DNA from: Yuukianura sp. NJ FZ-2021
Taxonomy: Eukaryota
Reading direction: 5' to 3'
Assembly (NCBI GenBank): GCA_046563655.1
Contig: CM102284.1
Location: 1,674,001 to 1,738,000 of the forward strand
Length of the DNA: 64,000 nt
Shown: positions 37,882-49,189 of the stretch, in pieces
Layout: every line of letters begins with the position of its first letter
Numbering within the stretch: position 1 is the first letter of the stretch
The notes under the pieces: generated by a model
Told to the model about the DNA's origin: nothing
Databases searched by the model: none
The model's input: only the letters and a program-made list of their open reading frames with translations
Made by a program: the position numbers and the translations under genes

Positions 37882-39193
37882 TTTCGTTTCAAAAAATGCC
37901 TAAATTTTGGAAATGACACAAATCAACTGAATCTCATCCGATGCAACTTTGGTAGAACTTTGTGTACCACTTTTGGAAAAATAGAAAAATCCAAGAGGTT
38001 TTTATCATTTCAATATTCAATGCACCAACTGGAGAGAGATAATAAAAAACAACCACATGATTTTGGAAGTGTGTGTCTGGAAATGGTACGACGTCTAGGT
38101 CATCTGTAGAATCTAACACAAAGTTTGTGGCTTATGTACTTTCTAAACTCCAAATAGAAAAAAAAACACGGGGCGTATTTCATTTCATGTTAAAGTTTCA
38201 AAATGCAACTTCAAATTAGCACTAAATCACGAATGAGAGCTTGAGTAATTTTAAACTAGGAATTTTCAGCCAATTTTCACTGTTTGGTTGAAGATATAAA
38301 AAAAATATGGTGGTAAATATTGTGTATTTTTTGTGGAGTTGTTGCATAATACGTAGTACAGTCATCCAAACCAAGGCCAACCTTCTCTATTAACAAGTGA
38401 GCTACACTTTGATGTTATTTAGTACAATAATCTTGTAAGTTGTAACTTTATTCATAAGATTTCATCACTTATATAATCATCACATCATACTTGCTCCCCA
38501 CATGTACTTTAATTCAAATAGTAATTAAATGAACTTCCATAATTCTATAACATGACAACTAAACTCCTTCGTAAGAAATTAACACTATAACTCAAGTTTT
38601 CCTATGTTTTCAGTCTCGAAAACAACATTTCATGTTACAGCGCCGTGTTAAAATGAATTCTTAAACTCTTAACAATTTGTTTTCAATGGTAGTTTTTTCG
38701 AACATAAAGTAACATTTCAACCATTATAGTACTGGCATTCTTCGATTCTTTCTGGCTTTCGTATACTAATTTTTCATAATTTAAAGCAGAAGTTGAAATA
38801 AGTTAACAATTTTATAATTTTAACTATTATGATTGTGACTCTAAGCTCCAAGCCCTATTTTCGATTTTTTTTTAAATTAGACTATTTAAATGTCACGGTT
38901 CATGCGGTTTGACTAGTTAATTAATTAATACTGATGAGATAAATCAGATTAAAATTTTTTTTCAGTTTTCGATTAAATAGACTTTATGTTGAACTTGGAA
39001 TTCTCCGATTCAATCCCAACATAAAATTGAAGCTCAATACTAGTATGTAACAGGAAAAGCTTATAGGAGACGCCTGAGTTGCGTTTGAAATCTACAGTGA
39101 CTGATGAGTGATGACCAAAAATGTTTTTTTTTACCTACTTCTGAATAGATGCCAAAGCCTGCTTCGGTTTGCTTTAAAATTTCACTTGATTTG

Positions 39194-39877
39194 CTAGTTG
39201 AGTCTGTTGAATCGTCGACCTCTCATTTGCATTTGATGCATCAGCTGAGTTCCACTGCTGACTCCAAGCAGTGTTTTGCAAACGGAGCACCGATGCTGAA
39301 TATCCGTGCACATTCTGGCAGCAGTTGAATTTGCTTTGCTCATCACAAAGAAGCCAACGAGAAAAACGATGAGAAAGACAGGCATGACAGCCAGTGGAAT
39401 AAATGTTTCTCCGATGAGGGTTAGCAGGATGAAGAAAACAATAAAGACAACTGCTGCCATTCCATAACAGGCATACACTTTCTGGGATACTCCTTGTCGG
39501 ATGTTCCGGTTCTCCACTTCTGTTAACTGAGTAACTGCCGTGTTCTTGCATGTGGGACAGACAACAATGACTGGATTCCGTCCATTTTGACTGATGGCGG
39601 CATTAACTGCCTGAGCAGCTAGTATAGATTCGCCTACACCGCCTGCTTGATTTGAGAATGGTATAGGTTGCATTTCCATTCCAAAGTTGTATGGCGGAAG
39701 AGCCATTTGATTCAATGGCATTTGGAACTCTCCAAAGTTGGATGATCGTAAGAAACCGGACTCCGAATGACTCGAAGCACTAGGACCGGTATAAGGTGGT
39801 GGTGGTTGATTGGTGATGCTATCAGTGAGTTCATGTTGACCTCTTGATGGACCCGCAATTTCGTTTTCGGTATCCAT
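39194..39877 (-). CDS. LITAF-domain protein, paralogue 1
   Basis: N-terminal PPPPY and LPPY motifs; VVCPTC...hydrophobic segment...DIQHRCSVCKTLLG. Probable 5'UTR exons at ~40262-40364 and from ~40541. Confidence 0.88.
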   Translation of the reverse strand: MDTENEIAGPSRGQHELTDSITNQPPPPYTGPSASSHSESGFLRSSNFGEFQMPLNQMALPPYNFGMEMQPIPFSNQAGGVGESILAAQAVNAAISQNGRNPVIVVCPTCKNTAVTQLTEVENRNIRQGVSQKVYACYGMAAVVFIVFFILLTLIGETFIPLAVMPVFLIVFLVGFFVMSKANSTAARMCTDIQHRCSVCKTLLGVSSGTQLMHQMQMRGRRFNRLN

Positions 39878-39942
39878 TCTACAAAAAAATATGTGAACAT
39901 TTACATCGAAGCTATCAATGAAGTGAAAAACACTGGTTTAAA

Positions 39943-40237
39943 TGCAGTATCGCGGCGCAGCATGGATTTGGCCGCCATTTTCTTTCTAGTCTAATTTGAG
40001 TAATGCTGAATCCGAATCTGAAAGAATTTCTTTTCCAGAAATGTACGGAAAGTATTTTTTTGAATTTTTAAAATTGACGTTTCCCCATAAGAAAGCATTA
40101 GGTTTTCGCTTCTATTTTCCTACGTTAGGTTAAAAAAGTCAGTTCCGGAGAAAAATTCTTTCAGATTCGGATTTCAGCATACTCAAATAAGTCTAGAAAA
40201 AAAAGGCTGCCAAATCCATGCTGCTGCCGATACTGCA
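39943..40237. mobile_element. Foldback MITE in the intron upstream of LITAF paralogue 1 CDS
   Basis: ~95-bp imperfect TIRs: TGCAGTATCG...GCAGCATGGATTTGGC...AATCCGAATCTGAAAGAATTT and AAATTCTTTCAGATTCGGATT...GCCAAATCCATGCTGC...CGATACTGCA. Confidence 0.8.
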
Positions 40238-41593
40238 ATTTTTCCAAAACACTTTCACTGACCTTAAGGTCCTTCCGTTTGGATGAAATTGGGACAATAA
40301 ACTCAATTGCTAATCATCCTCTGGATCTGGCTCTTGCTGAAATTTCTAACCATGGAGATGGAACTGAAAATATAAAAATACTTGAAGCAAAAGCAATCGG
40401 GGATGATAAATATGGATTTAAATAGAATGACTAAATAATTTCTGTTAAAATCATCATGAATTACTAATTAGTATTGGTAAATCTTTCCAATTAAACGCTT
40501 TTGTAAAAAGTACTACTGAAAATAATTAGTTTCAACTTACCAATCAATCTTTTGTATACCAGCCTTGGCACCGTCGCACCGTTGTGGTTCTGTCCGAATA
40601 ATCCCCGGAATTCGGAATGGACAAGTAACCTACAGAGGCAGAATCGGAGATCAAGGTCATTCAACTTATGAACAGAACAAACGTGAGACAACACTCTCTA
40701 TGAATGCTGAATGTTTTTGGTATAGGCAGATCTTAATACTTCTTACATACACAAACACCATTCGGTTGAAATGAATCGAAATCGGCTCCATTGTACCCAG
40801 CATGACTGGTCCATTTCTTGTGAATGTTGCGGAAATTGAAACAACGAAACATGATCGACCTTAAACTTGAGTACATCTCCAGACTAACTTTTATTCAAGC
40901 AGTATTTACTTAATTACTATGAATTGCAAATCATTCATTTAAATTTAATATTCACTAATAAGCACTAATATTCACTAAAATAGCCATTAAATATTCACTA
41001 GTACTAGAAATAAACATTTCATTAAAACAAGGAGACCATTTTTCTGAGCACTTTGTTCCGTTCCTTGGAAGCTCTTTGGATGGAAGTAATTACTACAAGT
41101 ATTTTTTCAAAGTAAAAGATAATTATTGTTACAATTATTGTCATATTTGGTTAGTGTAAAATGGTGAGGGAATCCGCACAATACCCTCCCCTTGCGCCCC
41201 CGCCGCCATGCCAGGCGACGTAATTATTATTACATTTGTTTGGCAAAACACTTTACGCCGACTGAGTTTTGTTTTAAAATAAGGTTATTTTACCACTAAA
41301 ATTATCGCAAGCACAGAAGTTATCATACAGGTACAATTGTTAATTAGTGTTTGAATTCGTTGTTAAATTTCATAGGGTTGTTAATGGCGCAACGTCTTGT
41401 TGTCCTGCGAGGTTATTACATGAAAGGATTATTATGGAAATGAAGGAGTCACAATAATGCTAAACTTTCAATAGATTAATAGGTAAGCGCTCTAACTAGG
41501 AATAAAATTTTATGGAAGACAAGCGAAATCTCACTAACTTTCCTAAAATCTGCTTTACCTTTCATACAACATTGTGACCTTTCACATTTTTAT

Positions 41594-42253
41594 TTAAAAC
41601 AAGCTGTGTTGGAATCCGTAGTTGAAACGGAAACGTGGCATCTCCTGAACTCCATTGCTGACTCCAAGGAGTGTCCGGCAGACAGAGCAGTGGTGCTGAA
41701 TATCCTTGCACATCGCCGCTTGCGCCGTTGCTGTTTTGCGCATGCCATAGTACCCCCAATACAGAACCAAAAGAAAGATGGGCAATATGAACAAAGGAGC
41801 GAAACTTTCACTGATGATGCTATCTCCAATGAAGAATACAAAGACGATAACAGCAAACCAACGAATCCTGTTCTCGGCATTTGACCATGTCTGAGTCATT
41901 GTAGTATTTTCAATTTCCGTAATCTGCGAGACTGTGGTGTTCATGCATTTTGGGCAGACGACAGTAACAGGATTCCTTCCGTTTTGGCTAATAACTGCTG
42001 CGGCAGCTTGGGCTGCAAGAATCGGATTGACACCTCCGTGACCTTGTTCTGATCCTGGTGGTGGATTGAACCCAACAGGATTTGGGTTGTATGGAGCCTG
42101 ATCCTGTTGCATCTGAAACTGGGGATTGTAAGGTTGCGGCTGCGCTGGTGGAGCTTCTGGGTTGTAATTGAATTGCCCTACACCAGGATACTGCGGAGGC
42201 TGCTGCTGATTTTCGTTGTCACCGACGGAATTTGAAGTTTTCTCGGGAATCAT
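41594..42253 (-). CDS. LITAF-domain protein, paralogue 2
   Basis: Starts MIPEK just after a TTAG acceptor; PPQY motif; CPKC...DIQHHCSVCRTLLG. Confidence 0.88.
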   Translation of the reverse strand: MIPEKTSNSVGDNENQQQPPQYPGVGQFNYNPEAPPAQPQPYNPQFQMQQDQAPYNPNPVGFNPPPGSEQGHGGVNPILAAQAAAAVISQNGRNPVTVVCPKCMNTTVSQITEIENTTMTQTWSNAENRIRWFAVIVFVFFIGDSIISESFAPLFILPIFLLVLYWGYYGMRKTATAQAAMCKDIQHHCSVCRTLLGVSNGVQEMPRFRFNYGFQHSLF

Positions 42254-42305
42254 GCTTTCTAAATGAAAAATACTATGTAAGTACACCGGAAACCGGATTT
42301 GAACC

Positions 42306-42455
42306 AATATTTGGCTGAAGTTGCAGTTTCATTCTGCAGTTCGATGTGGTGGGAGATGGATGTGTAGGTGGTGGAAAGTGGTGAAAGTTAGTTACATTAC
42401 ATCCACCACCCACCACATCTAATTGCAGAACGAAACTGCAATTTAGCCCAATATT
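42306..42455. mobile_element. Small palindromic MITE in the 5' intron of LITAF paralogue 2
   Basis: AATATTTGGCTGAAGTTGCAGTTTCATTCTGCAGTTCGATGTGGTGG pairs with CCACCACATCTAATTGCAGAACGAAACTGCAATTTAGCCCAATATT. It is absent from the equivalent intron of paralogue 3. Confidence 0.7.
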
Positions 42456-43789
42456 TTCACGAAACAAAAATTTACTGAATTTGAGTCCTAAATCTACGAA
42501 AGCCTTAAAAACCTAGGGAACTTAGGGTAAACTTACTGAGCAGTAGGAACATTCCTAGTGTGCATGAGTGGTGTCAAGGACGCGGTGTGTCCAATTGGGT
42601 CAATCCTGTGTATATTCTAGTAGGATCAATACTACCAATTAAATTTCAAACCACCCTACTAAAACGAAAATGGAATGCAAATGGTCGAATAGGGTAAATA
42701 CTCGGTAAAGAACACAAGAACTGTTCTGAAGATGAGATGGAATTTGCGAAAAACGGGACACATCTTATGCTGCTGCTGGTGGCGCTGGTCATTTCCATGT
42801 AACTACAGGGATTATTGATCTAGTAACCCTGATATACTCCGACCTTGATCTTTTCGGATGCTGCAATATATCGGCTTGCCGATACCACTCCATCTTTTTA
42901 ACTTGCGCACTCTGTAGGAGTTGATTTTTGGAGAAAGTGCAAAATCAAAAAATCTCCCTGTTTTCAAAATTTCATAAAAAGTTAAGGTCGGTTCAGACAC
43001 TACTTACAAGTGAATCGGAATCGGCTCCATCGTAGCCACCATGACTCGTCCATTTCGTCGGAATGTTGTGGAAATTGAAACAACGAAACATACTCGATCT
43101 TAAACTTGAGTACATCTCCACCTCGAGAGTAACTTTTATTAAAGCATGATTTACCTAATTACTATGAATTTCAAATTCCGTAACGCGTGCTAATTAAATG
43201 TGAACAGTATTTAGAAATAAAATAAACATTTCATTAAAAAGAAGCCACAAATTCTTAGCACTTTGTTCTTAAAGCTCTTTGGAAGTAAAGTACTTTTACA
43301 CATTAAACACCATCATTAACATTACATATTTGTTTGGTAAAGCACTTTAGGTTGATTATTTTTTTGAAAATAAAGTTACAAGTAAAGATCACAATCACAG
43401 CTCCATAAGGTATGATTGTCAAATATTTGAAACAAGTATGGTTAGATTTCATAGGGCCGTTACAGGCCATGCAACAACGCCTTGTTGCACTCCAAGTTTA
43501 CCTGGAAAGATATTATGTAAACGAAAATTCACAATAATGCTATCTAAGCCTAACTTTGATTTAATAATAACAGTACTTTAACTGCTTTCAAATCTACTAG
43601 AATTTAGATAATGGTAGTAAGGCAAGATGCATTCTGCTAAGCAGCCTAAGTTACGAGAATAAAATTGGTTCATAACCTTAGTTAGTGCAAATTCCGTTCT
43701 AGTTTCACCGATTCATAGAGGATAAGCGAAATCTCATTAACTTTGCTTAAATCTCATTTACCTTTCCTTTAGCGTTATGATCTTTGATT

Positions 43790-44452
43790 TTAAGAGCTGT
43801 GATAGTATCGACGGTTGCGACTTTGCATCTGCTGCATCATCTGAGCTCCACTGCTGACTCCAAGGAGTGCCTTACAGACAGAGCAGTGGTGCTGGATATC
43901 CTTGCACATCGCTGCTTGCATCGAAACCACTTTCCGCATGATACAGAAGCCCATTAGCAGAAACAGAAGAATGACGGGCATCACGAACAACGGAACGAAA
44001 CTTCCACTGATGAAGCTCACTGCAGTGAACAAGGCGATGAAGAGAACAGCAGTTCCACCAAAGAACATGTGTGCGATATTCGACGTTCCTTGTCTCACGG
44101 CAGTATTTTCAACTTCCGTAATTTGCGTGACAGTGGTGTTCTTGCATGTTGGGCACACAACAGTAACAGGGTTCCTTCCGTTTTGGCTAATGGCTGCTGT
44201 GACAGCTTGGGCTGCAAGAATGGATTCACTGACCCCTCCTTGACCTTGGGCTGCAGGATTGAATCCAACAGGATTTGGGTTGTATGGAGCCGCATTCTGT
44301 TGCATCTGAAACTGTGGATTGTAAGGCATCGGTTGCGGCTGTGCTGGTGGAGCCTGTGGATTGTAATTGAATTGCCCAGCACCAGGATATGGCGGAGGCG
44401 GATGCTGATTACCGTCGTCACTGGCGGTCATCGGAGTTTTCTCGGGATCCAT
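43790..44452 (-). CDS. LITAF-domain protein, paralogue 3
   Basis: MDPEK start; PPPPY motif; CPTC...DIQHHCSVCKALLG. Confidence 0.88.
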   Translation of the reverse strand: MDPEKTPMTASDDGNQHPPPPYPGAGQFNYNPQAPPAQPQPMPYNPQFQMQQNAAPYNPNPVGFNPAAQGQGGVSESILAAQAVTAAISQNGRNPVTVVCPTCKNTTVTQITEVENTAVRQGTSNIAHMFFGGTAVLFIALFTAVSFISGSFVPLFVMPVILLFLLMGFCIMRKVVSMQAAMCKDIQHHCSVCKALLGVSSGAQMMQQMQSRNRRYYHSS

Positions 44453-45427
44453 GTTAGCTAATAAAAAAAAATACTCATTAGTGTACTGCATATGAAACAA
44501 AGTTTTCATAAAACAAACATTTACTAGCGTATTGAATTTACTAAACTAGGTAAGGCAAGCAGGCAAGGGTAAACTTACTGATTGCTGTTTGTTGTGAATG
44601 TGAAAGAATACTGTCAAGAAAGATCAAGACGCGATGTTTTGTATTGGGTCAATCTTGTGTTTATGCAAGATCGATCAACAGTAAAACGAACCAAAGTTAA
44701 AACGAATTAGACTAATGAAATGCAATGATCGAATTGGATTAAGGATAAACTCGGAAAACAAGGCAACAAGGATCTTGCAGATGGAATTTGCGAAAAAACG
44801 GGACACGACACATCCTAGGAATTCCTAACCAATTATAGCCGAGGCGTTTTCCCTGGTATTACTGGTTGGTGCTGATAATTTCCTTATACCAATACCCTAA
44901 CATTTGCCTGTCTTTGTTCTTTCTTATAGCTGCTCCGTTTCCTTGTTTTTTTGCTTATTCGGTGGTTATGGTGACCTCGACCGCAACAAGTGGATTGAAG
45001 TAAGGAAAAACTTGCTCATTGCAACCTCTCACTTTCAAATGTTTCAAAATATTTATTTGGAGATTCTGCAAATATTCAAAAATATTTCATTGGAAATCTT
45101 TTAAGTATTTCGATACTTATCTTACATGTACCTGCCCAACCAATACTCAAGAAATCTTAATTCTTAATTAGCTAATACCAGAGTTACACCATTTCCTGCC
45201 AGTCAATTTAAATTTCAAACGCATTTGAAAGGAGTTAAAGCTGTTCCCAAATTTTTGAAAACTAAATCGTATGAAAAGACGACTAAATGGCACCCTGGTT
45301 TGTATAGCGGGCGTTATAATGAAACGGACTATACTTCTATTATAAGACTAAGGCATCCGCTAATTGTAAAGTGAAGGGTTTTCAAAAATATGCGCGTAAC
45401 ATACATTATCTTAACTTCCACTTGTAT

Positions 45428-45967
45428 CTAAAATAGGCCACTGCTTGGTTGCATATCTTGAAACGTTTTGACTCCGTAGTTTACTCCAAGGAGAGTCCGA
45501 CAGACTGAGCAGTGATGCTGAATGTCGTTGGCTAGCGGTGCCAGGCCTAGGAATATTTTTCTCATGAAGAAGTAGACGATCAGACCGATGAACCAAAACA
45601 GTGGGATAGCAAATAATGGAGAAAAACTATTGGCGATAATGGCCACAATGATGAAGAACACGACGACGATAACCAATATAATTACGAAGAAACGTTCAAA
45701 GGCTCCGTACTTCGCTTGGGTCTCCACAGTATTCTGAATGACTGTGACTTCCGTCATACCGACACTCCTGCAGTTCGGACAGACAACCGAAACGGGTTGA
45801 CGCCCATTTTGAGCGATTGCACCCGTTGCCAACTGAGCCGCCAAAATCGTTTCAGTGACATTTCCATTACCTGGATCCAGTTGTGTACTGAATCCAGTGG
45901 AAGTTCCTGGATATGGCGGCGGTGGGTCTGATTCGTCGGCAGTGGTGGAAGCCTTTGCCACATCCAT
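45428..45967 (-). CDS. LITAF-domain protein, paralogue 4
   Basis: PPPPY motif; CPNC...DIQHHCSVCRTLLG. Confidence 0.88.
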   Translation of the reverse strand: MDVAKASTTADESDPPPPYPGTSTGFSTQLDPGNGNVTETILAAQLATGAIAQNGRQPVSVVCPNCRSVGMTEVTVIQNTVETQAKYGAFERFFVIILVIVVVFFIIVAIIANSFSPLFAIPLFWFIGLIVYFFMRKIFLGLAPLANDIQHHCSVCRTLLGVNYGVKTFQDMQPSSGLF

Positions 45968-46467
45968 TTTCCTACTCAGAAAAAAAAAACAAAAAACAAA
46001 AACAAATTGTCAAATTTTCATGAAGTGTCAAGAATAAGGTAAACAAATGAAAGCTACCGTAACGGTACAAACAAATATCAATTGTTAAAGTCTCCTGATT
46101 ATAAAATATAAAATAATAACTTACCAGTTAACCGTTTCACTGTGAAAGTGTTTTTTAGTGTACGGTGGTTTCCAGTTGCTTTAAAATCCGATTAAAAAAC
46201 CCACCCCTCGTCACAACAACCACAAATTATGATAGCATGTGTTTTTGTTATAATCCATCCTCTCCTTCACTTGCGAATTGCGATTTGCGAATCGCAGATT
46301 AACACAAAAGAAGTGGGGTTGAAGTACGGCCACTGAGATGCCTGTACCCATTTGACTACAGTTAGGCTAGTCGTAATAAGTTTGTTTTTTATTGTTATTA
46401 ATAAATATTTTTATTGGTTGTTTTTTTTCAGTACTGGATGTAAAAAATATTTATTCTACTTTTTTTT

Positions 46468-46600
46468 CAGTGCTGGATGGGTAAAATAATTATTCCACTT
46501 ATATAAAATTGGGTGGAAGTGTCCATTTTATATCCGCTTTATCCAACCCCATTTCTTCCGGATAAAACCGGATGAAATATAGCATCCACTGGACGAAACC
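46468..46600. mobile_element. Degraded inverted copy of the element at 52361-52541
   Basis: CCATTTCTTCCGGATAAAACCGGATGAAATATA...ATCCACTGGA is the reverse complement of the core at ~52405-52450. Confidence 0.6.
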
Positions 46601-46750
46601 GAATATAAGTAACACAGCAAAGTTTCATTAACATTTTTTAAGTTAGACTAAATATGTATTGCACATGTAATTAACATTTGTGACATGCACTCAATTTACT
46701 AAATGTTTTTTGTACCACATACCATACAAACCGTAAGACCGTAACGGTCT

Positions 46751-46926
46751 CGTAGCAGGTGATATGGTCAGAAATATTTGGTCAGAAGTGAAATGATCAG
46801 AAGTGAAAAGGTCAGAATTCAAAAGATCTCAGGTTAGGTTTGGTTACGTTCCTTCCTTTTCTGACCTTTTTTTTCTGACCATTTCACTTTTGATCTTTTC
46901 ACTTTCTGACCAAATCACATGGAACC
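46751..46926. mobile_element. MULE/Foldback-like MITE with GGTCAGAAGTGAAA subrepeats
   Basis: Ends CGTAGCAGGT...ACATGGAACC, flanking duplication AACGGTCT, inverted arms made of ~15-bp repeats, and a central GGTTAGGTT. Confidence 0.8.
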
Positions 46927-47313
46927 AACGGTCTACCTTGACTTATTATAGTAATTAATTTTAAAGGTAATTTACTTATTTTAGTCAAAAGTCTAACAAG
47001 CTTGGCTTCCTGTACCAGAATTTGTTGTAATAAGAGCTTTGGAAAAAAAAAACATCTTTTTGTAAAGGTAATTTTGACTATGGTATTTGGTGCATAGCAA
47101 TAAAGTAAACTGAAAATCACAGTTTGCAGTCGTTTGACCTACAAATCGTTTGAATTGTTGTTGTCAATCAGCTTATGCTAATTTTCCTGTGGTTAGTTGT
47201 GAGTGAATAAGTAATGCAGAAGTGAACCATAAGTTTAATTAAAATCAATGCATCTGACGATGAACAGTTTTTAGTGTAATTTTCAAGTTCAGAAAGTAAA
47301 GAACATTTTCAAA

Positions 47314-48740
47314 ATGGCTGCTACTAACGGAGAACCAATTCGATTCAACTGCTGGCGCCCTGAGGAAACTGGGCGTCTTACGCTGAAATTCAATTTAGGC
47401 GCCTTTTCTCATCCAGCATACGGATCTTCGGCAGGAAATTTGTGCGGGGAGTACGAACTGTTCAATACTGCTGGGTATGTTCTAAAAACTTAGATTAGAA
47501 CAAATTTATACTAAAATCCTTGATTTTCTTAATTCTGCATTGCATCTCAAACGGATTACACAAAATTCCGAATCTACATAGCTTTAGCTAATAAATGTAT
47601 TAAATAGCAAACTTTAAATCAGCATTTTAATCATCATCCAATTTCATAATTATTTTTTTCAGAACTTACAGAATTTCAAACTACTTTGAACTGAGCGCCG
47701 CCGAACAACGCAGCATTCTTGAAGACACGAAAGTGCGTCTGCGCGGGTATGCCGAAACTCTGGACGAAGACGACTACGTCCATCTATGCAATGAAAGCAT
47801 TCTTAGTGCTGCCGCTTGTTTCCCGCGTCTTGATGCCAGAACTCCAAAATTTGAAATGGGCATAGACGGAATCCCATTTGCATTTCTGTCAGAAGATTCA
47901 TTTGAACCCGAATTCCTGGAAGATGTGCCTCTAATTTACCGAAAAGTGTATGAAGAACCGGGAAAACCCAAGTATGCCAAGTACCGTAACCAGCATTGGA
48001 CGACATACTTGAATCGCAGGGAAGCGGAAGTTTATGAGGACAAATCTCGATATATAGCGGAAGTAGTTGAGTCAATGCCAGAAGTGGAAACGGTTCTCAA
48101 GGCAATGGAGTCTATTGGGAACAAGGCCAAGGCTCAACTTCCTCAAGGCCTTCCAAAATCAATCAAATTTGTAGTTGGCGCCATTTTTCATAAAGGAGAA
48201 CAAGTTATTTTGACCAATCAGAAAGCTGGCGGAGAATTCAGTTTAAGCGACAAAAGAATGAAAAATGTTAGAGCAAGCAACTCGGCACTTGAAGTGCTTT
48301 TGGAAATGTATCTTCTGGTACAAGAAATTTCTGTTCCGGTTCGTATCAGAACGACTTTGGTATTTCAAATGTTAGTGACATGCGTAAAAGAATTTGGAGT
48401 TTTAAGTGACGAAATTCTCGGTATTCAGAGAGATGCTAAGGATGATGAGTTTGACAAAAACTCGATTCTGCGCAGAGTTCGAAAAGGAGTTTCGGTTGAC
48501 CAGAGTTTTACTAAGGGGCTAAAGGCTCTTCATGATATAATTTCTGACATGCGCAAAATTATGAATATTCTAATGAAATCGTATCCGGATGAACAGGGAG
48601 TTGCACAGTTCGTGCAAAGTGTGAAGGATTTTTGCGATGGACTTAGTATCGGTGTTGTACTTTTTGCAGAACGAAAACTAAAACTGCAAGGTGACGCGAA
48701 AATTGGAATTTTTCCGGTATCGAATACCGATACTGAGTGA
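47314..48740 (+). CDS. Uncharacterised 412-aa protein (two exons)
   Basis: ATG at 47314. Exon 1 ends at 47474 (GG|GTATGT) and exon 2 starts at 47663 (TTTCAG|A), in frame with the 335-aa ORF. No family recognised. Confidence 0.8.
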
Positions 48741-49189
48741 CGGTACCGAATACCGATACTGAGTCACGATACCGGTTTTGAACAGAAAAATTTCATGCAT
48801 CAACCGTTTTTGACAGTAGCTTAGTTAATTTTGGTTGACATTTTTTGAAAAATTTATTTTCCGAATAAAATTCATGGTTGCTTTGTGTTAATTTTTAGAA
48901 GTTTTTTAATTTCTCCAAGCTTCTATTTAACTGCAATTTAGTCACAAGGTTAACCTTCGGATTCTTTTCACTTTCAACCTACGTTTGAACCTTGGAAATT
49001 TCAATTCCTTTCATCTCCCGATTGCGCAAACTCTGACGTCATAATAGTCGGTATAAGTCTATTGTTTTACCTTAGTTTCCTATTGTTATCCGAACTTGTT
49101 TAATTGGTGAGGTAGGTGCCAATTTCAACTTCATTTCTACTCTGATTGCTGATCACTTCAACCGAGGAGTTGGGCATATCCTGCGCACA

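Noticed and set aside
46831-46845. Telomeric TTAGG array
   Set aside because: Only one or two units, internal to foldback elements here and at ~60692; not a telomere.
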